Shown piece after piece: positions 59,334 to 64,000 of a stretch of DNA of 64,000 nucleotides. Each line of letters opens with the position of its first letter. Within the stretch, counting starts at the first letter, position 1. The stretch spans positions 1,057 through 65,056 of the forward strand of contig JAPYNE010000010.1 in the NCBI GenBank assembly GCA_028285945.1, given 5' to 3'. This DNA comes from Gammaproteobacteria bacterium (GTDB taxonomy: Bacteria > Pseudomonadota > Gammaproteobacteria > Steroidobacterales > Foliamicaceae). The position numbers were made by a program, and so were the translations under genes. The notes below the pieces were generated by a model. The model was not told the origin of the DNA. It saw nothing but the letters and a program-made list of their open reading frames with translations, and searched no databases.

Positions 59334-60365
59334 ATGAAGGAAACAGCCATGCAATCGCAACGGCGTGATTTCATCAAGGGTTTTGGGGCCGTGGGCGCAT
59401 TCGGCGCCGCCGCCCTGAGTTTGGGCGCTTGCGCCAACCGCGCGCCGTCCGGTGGCGAGGCGCCGGCGGAAGAGGCTTCCGGTTCGCAGGATTACCTGTC
59501 CGGGCCGTATGTGGATCTGGGCACGGGCGAGGGCAACAAGATCGCCTACGCGCGCACCCAGGGCAACCTCGACGAGAGCCAACAGAAAGTCGGCTGGTTC
59601 AAGGGCTACGTGATGGGCGTTCGCCCCGGCGAGGCGATCCGCAACCTAGTCGGCTTCGCTGGCTTCGGCGTGTCGCGCCTGCAGCGGAACGAGGATGGCT
59701 CCATCGCCAAGATCCTGCGCGAAGTGGGCTATTACACCGATCTTCGCAGCGGCGAGGTGCTTGAGGAGTGGGAGAACCCCTACACCAACGAGACCGTGCC
59801 CGTGGTGCCCATCGCCAACGATCCGTTCAACTACGTGATCAGCGAGCACTTTCCCGAGCCGCCGGAATTTGGCGGGCTCAACGAGGAGAAGCCGCCCAAG
59901 GTGCCCTTCGTTCTGCCCTGGATGCAGCGCGGTCCCCGCCTCGACATGGAAATCCATATCCACCTTTACTACCCCAACGCGCTGGATCCCGCCAAATGGG
60001 CGCGCGAATCCAGCGGCCCGATGGTCCGGGTGTCCGAATTTTTCGCCTTTCACGCGGACGGCGCGCAAATGCAGAATGCCGAAATGACCACCCTGCCGTA
60101 TCACGGCACGTGGAACCGCGCCACGCCGTGGCTGCCGTGGATGCTGATGGGGCAAACCGACGGTTTTTGCCAGTACGCCTGCTTCATGGGCTCAGGAGAA
60201 GATCTCGAACAGGTGCATGACCGGGCGCTGCTCGACTATGCGGAGAAGCATCATCCCAAGTACTTCGACGCGCCGGAAACCTACGATCCGGAAACGCCCA
60301 GCCTGTCCAGCCTGGAGTGGTATGCGATTGAGCGCACGCCCGCCCCGCCGAAGGAAGAAACCTAG
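59334..60365 (+). CDS. DUF1838 family protein with a Tat signal and lipobox-like Cys
   Basis: The twin-arginine motif QRRDFIKGFGAVGAFGAAALSLGAC was seen directly. The family assignment is from memory of DUF1838 sequences (W.NP.T.E.V.V....NDP). Confidence 0.65.
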   Translation: MKETAMQSQRRDFIKGFGAVGAFGAAALSLGACANRAPSGGEAPAEEASGSQDYLSGPYVDLGTGEGNKIAYARTQGNLDESQQKVGWFKGYVMGVRPGEAIRNLVGFAGFGVSRLQRNEDGSIAKILREVGYYTDLRSGEVLEEWENPYTNETVPVVPIANDPFNYVISEHFPEPPEFGGLNEEKPPKVPFVLPWMQRGPRLDMEIHIHLYYPNALDPAKWARESSGPMVRVSEFFAFHADGAQMQNAEMTTLPYHGTWNRATPWLPWMLMGQTDGFCQYACFMGSGEDLEQVHDRALLDYAEKHHPKYFDAPETYDPETPSLSSLEWYAIERTPAPPKEET

Positions 60366-60451
60366 GCCGAAGCGCCCACTTCACATAGCCTGCGGCCAAA
60401 GCCGGCCGGCTGCGGGCTGCGCCAATTCGCCGGCAGGGGAGCGATGCACAG

Positions 60452-61819
60452 ATGGCCCGCGGAATCAGCGAAGCGCCAGCGACCGGTCTTGAGCCGGATC
60501 AATCCGGCATCCGCCTTTTCGGCCTGTGGTTCATGCCCGGCCTTACGCGCGGCCATAGCTGGTCTTTTGTCGCTCTTTCGTTCACCACAGTGGGCCTGCT
60601 CACGGCCATTACCGGGGTTCAGACCAATGTCTTAAGCGAGAATTTCGGCATTCCCGCAAGGGATCAGGGCCAGTGGATCAGCGCCCTGGTGCTGTGGACG
60701 GAATTCGTGCTGATTGCCGTTTTCGGCCTAGTGGGAGTGGCCGCCGACCGCATCGGCCGGCGGCAGCTTTACGCGGCGGGCCTGGTTTTCATGGGCCTGA
60801 GTTACGTGTTCCACGCCTACGCCGGCGAAATATGGCAGCTTTTCGGCGCCCGCGTGCTCTATGCCATCGGCATCGGCGCCGCCACCGGAATGCTGGGCAC
60901 CATCCTGGCGGACTATCCGCAGGAAATATCGCGCGGCCGCGTGGTGGCCATCAGCGGCGCGCTCACCGGCCTGGGCGTGGTGCTCATCAAGCTGATGTTC
61001 GGCGACGGCGCGCGAGTGGTGGTGGGCCGCCTCGGGATGCCGGAGAGCTCGGCGCTTTCGGTGGGCCTGTTCCTGATCGCCGCAGTGGCCTTCGTGGCGG
61101 CTGCGGTGGCGGCATGGGGCCTGCAGCCCGGCACGCCCACCAAGCGCGAGGAGCGGCCTCCGGTTAAGGAATTGCTGACCGCCGGCGTCCGCGAGGCCAT
61201 CAAGAACCCGCGCATTGCCGTTGCCTACGCCGGTGCCTTCGTGGCCCGCAGCGACCTCGTGATTCTGGGCAGTTTCCTCACGCTTTGGGGCCGGTTTGCG
61301 GTGGAGAGCGCCGGAATCTCCGGGGCCGAGGCCCAGGCGATGAGCGTGCGCCCTTTCGTCATAGCGCAGGCCGTCGGCCTGGTCTGGATCGTGCTGCTGG
61401 GCTTCATGCTGGAGAAGCGCGACCGGCTGCTGGCGCTGGCGGTGGCCTTCACGGTGTCCACGATCGGCTACTTGGGCATGTGGTTCGTGGACGACCTGCT
61501 GGCGCCGGGATCGATTCCTTTGCTGTGCATGCTGGGGGCAGGGCAGATCAGCGCCTTCTGGGGCGCCACCACGCTGATAGGGCGCGAGGCGCCCAAGGCA
61601 TCGCGCGGAACGGTGGTTGGCGCTTTCAACCTGAGCGGCGTGCTGGGCATTCTCATGTTCGTTGCGCTGGGCGGCGTGCTCTACGACCGGCACGGCCCGG
61701 CGGCCCCCTTCATCATGGTGGGCTTCGCCAACCTGCTGGTTATGGCGGCAGCCGGAGGGCTGGCGCTCAAGGAATCGCGCGCAGCCGCTGCCGCGAAACG
61801 CGCCGAAGATGCCGCCTGA
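60452..61819 (+). CDS. MFS transporter (paralog of 57703-59046)
   Basis: About 12 TM segments. AADRIGRRQLYAAG is the MFS motif. Confidence 0.85.
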   Translation: MARGISEAPATGLEPDQSGIRLFGLWFMPGLTRGHSWSFVALSFTTVGLLTAITGVQTNVLSENFGIPARDQGQWISALVLWTEFVLIAVFGLVGVAADRIGRRQLYAAGLVFMGLSYVFHAYAGEIWQLFGARVLYAIGIGAATGMLGTILADYPQEISRGRVVAISGALTGLGVVLIKLMFGDGARVVVGRLGMPESSALSVGLFLIAAVAFVAAAVAAWGLQPGTPTKREERPPVKELLTAGVREAIKNPRIAVAYAGAFVARSDLVILGSFLTLWGRFAVESAGISGAEAQAMSVRPFVIAQAVGLVWIVLLGFMLEKRDRLLALAVAFTVSTIGYLGMWFVDDLLAPGSIPLLCMLGAGQISAFWGATTLIGREAPKASRGTVVGAFNLSGVLGILMFVALGGVLYDRHGPAAPFIMVGFANLLVMAAAGGLALKESRAAAAAKRAEDAA

Positions 61820-61917
61820 CCTCGGCCCGCTGCGCGCGAATAACGCCCTCAAGCCATGAATCAAGGCGGCAGCGCCCTTGCTTCATGTGCGGCCTGACGG
61901 TCCAGGCCGGCTGGCGC

Positions 61918-62748
61918 ATGACTCTTGCGGCCGGTGTCGCGTGCGCGGCGCTCTTCGCTGCGAATGCCGCCGCCGCCCAAACGCGGGACGTGAATTTCGC
62001 CGTGGTCGGTAAGCATGCCGGGTATGAGCAGGTTGGCGAGCGTGCGCCCGAACGCCAGTTCTACTCGTTCTTTTCGGAGATTTTCTTGGCTGAGGACACG
62101 CCGCTCGGCGAGGCCACTCTGATCCGCCCGGACGGGCTTGAAGTGGCCTTCACCGATCAGCGCGGGGCCATGGGGCCCACGCGGGATCGGATTCTGCTGG
62201 TGCGGGGCGGACGCCGCTACGACAGCGCGGCGGAGCTGGATGCGGAATGGCCGAACGGGGAGTACGTCTTCCGTTATTCGCTTCCCGGTGCGGATGAGCC
62301 TGTTTCCATCAGCGTCCGGCTCGGCGAGGGCGAGTATCCGGCCGGCCCCGCCGCATGGCTGGAGCAGAACGGCGCGAAGGTCGCTTTCGACAGCGTGGAC
62401 CCTATGCAGGACCTGGTGGTGAATTACACGCCTTTTGAATCCGGGCGCGCTGATCCGCGCGAGATCTGCGATGACATGATTTTCGTGATCCTGCGCGATG
62501 AGGACGATTACAAGGTGGATCACAGCGGCCGGCCGTTCCAAGGCCAGCGCTTCATGCTCTGGTCCGATACCCGGCGGGTCATCCCGGCCTCCGCGCTGGC
62601 GCCCGCCAGCCGCTACACCTTGAGCGTCGAGCACGCCACGCTCGAGGAAACCGCCCGTGGCGCCGGCGTGCCGGTGATGTCAACCCGGGCGGTCACCACG
62701 GCGCTTGAGATTCACACGCTGCCGCCGCTTCCGCAGATTATGAACTAG
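61918..62748 (+). CDS. Hypothetical secreted protein
   Basis: Signal peptide MTLAAGVACAALFAANAAAAQT. The 5' part of the long ORF (61285-61917) overlaps the MFS gene and is rejected. An alternative ATG is at 61885. Confidence 0.55.
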   Translation: MTLAAGVACAALFAANAAAAQTRDVNFAVVGKHAGYEQVGERAPERQFYSFFSEIFLAEDTPLGEATLIRPDGLEVAFTDQRGAMGPTRDRILLVRGGRRYDSAAELDAEWPNGEYVFRYSLPGADEPVSISVRLGEGEYPAGPAAWLEQNGAKVAFDSVDPMQDLVVNYTPFESGRADPREICDDMIFVILRDEDDYKVDHSGRPFQGQRFMLWSDTRRVIPASALAPASRYTLSVEHATLEETARGAGVPVMSTRAVTTALEIHTLPPLPQIMN

Positions 62749-62998
62749 GACCTAGTCCTTGTAGTCTTCGATATCGGCCGGGTTCGGCTGCCGTCAGTGC
62801 GCGGTTGTGATTGCGCTTAGTATGCCGCGCATGCCGGCAACCCATCGCTCTCGGCGGCGCTGGTGGATCGTGGCGGTGGCTGTCTTGGGGCTGTCCACCA
62901 GCCCCGGCCAGTTCGCCTACGGCGGTGACCCAGCGGTCCCAGCAGACGGGCAATCGCCCGATCCTGTTCCGAAACGTTAGGGGAGCGCGGCTTGAGGA

Positions 62999-64000
62999 CT
63001 ATCTCACCTGCGGCAGCAGGATGTAGGGCCAGGGGCTGGGCATTTCGCTGACCGGCATTTCGATCAGCCCCGGCGCGTCGGCCTCCAGCGCTTCACGCAA
63101 GGCAACGCGCAGCTCCTCGGGCGTGCGGGCCCGCCAAGCTCCCAGACCGAACGACTCGGCCATGGCCTTGAAATCCGGATTGGTCAGATCGGAGGCGAGT
63201 GCGCGACCGGAGTATCGCTGGGCCTGGTCGCGGCGCACGTTGCCGTAGGCGTCGTTGCTGAACACGATCACCACCACGTTCAGCCCGTGCCGCGCAGCGG
63301 TGGCCATTTCCGCGCCGGCGTAGAGGAAGCCGCCGTCGCCGGCGAACGCGACCACCTTCCGGTCGCGGTGCGCCGCCTGCACGCCCAGCGCCGTGGGATA
63401 GCCGTAGCCCAGGTTGCCTTGGAAGTTGCTGCTGATGAAATGCCTCGCCCGGTAGCAAGGGAACGCGAACCAGGACGTATAGGCCATTTGCGTGACCTCA
63501 TCCACCAAAAAGCCGTCTTCGGGCAACTCCTCGCGGACCACTTCGAGCACCGCGACCTGCGGCGCATTGTTGCGGGCGAATTCCCTCTCGAAGCGGCGTT
63601 TCAGCCCCAGCAGTTCCTTCTTGCGCGTCCTGCGCTTGCGGTTGACGCCCTCCAGCGCGTCCGCCAGCCCCGCCAGTCCCGAGCCGGCATCGGCGCACAG
63701 GGCAACGCTCGGCGCCCGCCCGCGCTTGAAAGCGCTGTCGTCCGCTTCCAAGCGCACCACCGCCAAGTCGTCGTCCAAACCCCACTCCAGCTCCGGTTCA
63801 GTGAACCGCGTGCCCACCGCCAGCACCGCGTCCGCGTCGCCCCAAAGCGCGTGGGCCGCCGGAAGGTTGATTCCCAAGTAATGGCGCTCGTCGATCACTC
63901 CTTTGGCATTGAAGCTGGCGGCCGCGGGCGCTTGCAGCATTTCCGCCACGCGCATGAGTTCCGCTCCGGCGTCCAGCGCGCCGGGCCCGGCGATGATGAC
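62999..64000 (-). CDS. Thiamine-diphosphate-dependent enzyme (acetolactate-synthase-like), C-terminal part; 5' end outside window
   Basis: TPP-binding motif GDGGFLYAGAEMATAARHGLNVVVIVFSNDAYGNV. The reading frame stays open to the window end. Confidence 0.8.
   Translation of the reverse strand, partial: VIIAGPGALDAGAELMRVAEMLQAPAAASFNAKGVIDERHYLGINLPAAHALWGDADAVLAVGTRFTEPELEWGLDDDLAVVRLEADDSAFKRGRAPSVALCADAGSGLAGLADALEGVNRKRRTRKKELLGLKRRFEREFARNNAPQVAVLEVVREELPEDGFLVDEVTQMAYTSWFAFPCYRARHFISSNFQGNLGYGYPTALGVQAAHRDRKVVAFAGDGGFLYAGAEMATAARHGLNVVVIVFSNDAYGNVRRDQAQRYSGRALASDLTNPDFKAMAESFGLGAWRARTPEELRVALREALEADAPGLIEMPVSEMPSPWPYILLPQVR

Noticed and set aside
61285-61917. 5' two-fifths of the 487-aa ORF 61285-62748
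   Set aside because: It overlaps the 3' end of the MFS transporter in another frame. A clean signal peptide begins at the ATG at 61918.

Overview
High-GC chromosomal window from a proteobacterium (gene content looks gammaproteobacterial; this is inference, no search was run). Most of it is housekeeping. There is a polyamine-type ABC importer (1.1-5.5 kb), glnS, and the rpsU-dnaG-rpoD macromolecular-synthesis cluster. Further on are dapE-dapD, proS, pssA, a family-4 UDG, two TonB-dependent receptors and several MFS transporters.

Two accessory regions stand out.

(1) A mosaic island at about 5.5-17.5 kb ends at tRNA-Ile/tRNA-Ala. It holds two Uma2-type nucleases (one fused to a DUF4351-like tail) and three toxin-antitoxin pairs: DUF433/DUF5615, HipBA and VapBC. 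It also holds two sharply low-GC insertions that each encode a GIY-YIG-like protein. A tandem-AAA+ ATPase is transcribed divergently from an HTH-WYL regulator. The WYL / double-AAA+ / GIY-YIG-like trio is my best candidate for an undescribed defence module.

(2) A type I R-M locus lies at 36.9-44.3 kb, in the order hsdM (HTH-fused), hsdS, a DUF3800 gene, hsdR, and a short DUF45/M48 peptidase.

The rRNA locus (17.5-20.9 kb) is anomalous. It has a promoter and a boxA-like leader, then tRNA-Ile, tRNA-Ala, 23S and 5S, but no 16S. By eye alignment to E. coli rrlB from memory, the 23S lacks two universally conserved blocks: the A2058-A2062/L1-stalk region and the sarcin-ricin loop. This may be biology or an assembly collapse.

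Intergenic regions carry two families of long-stem palindromic repeats. No CRISPR array, integrase or transposase was seen.
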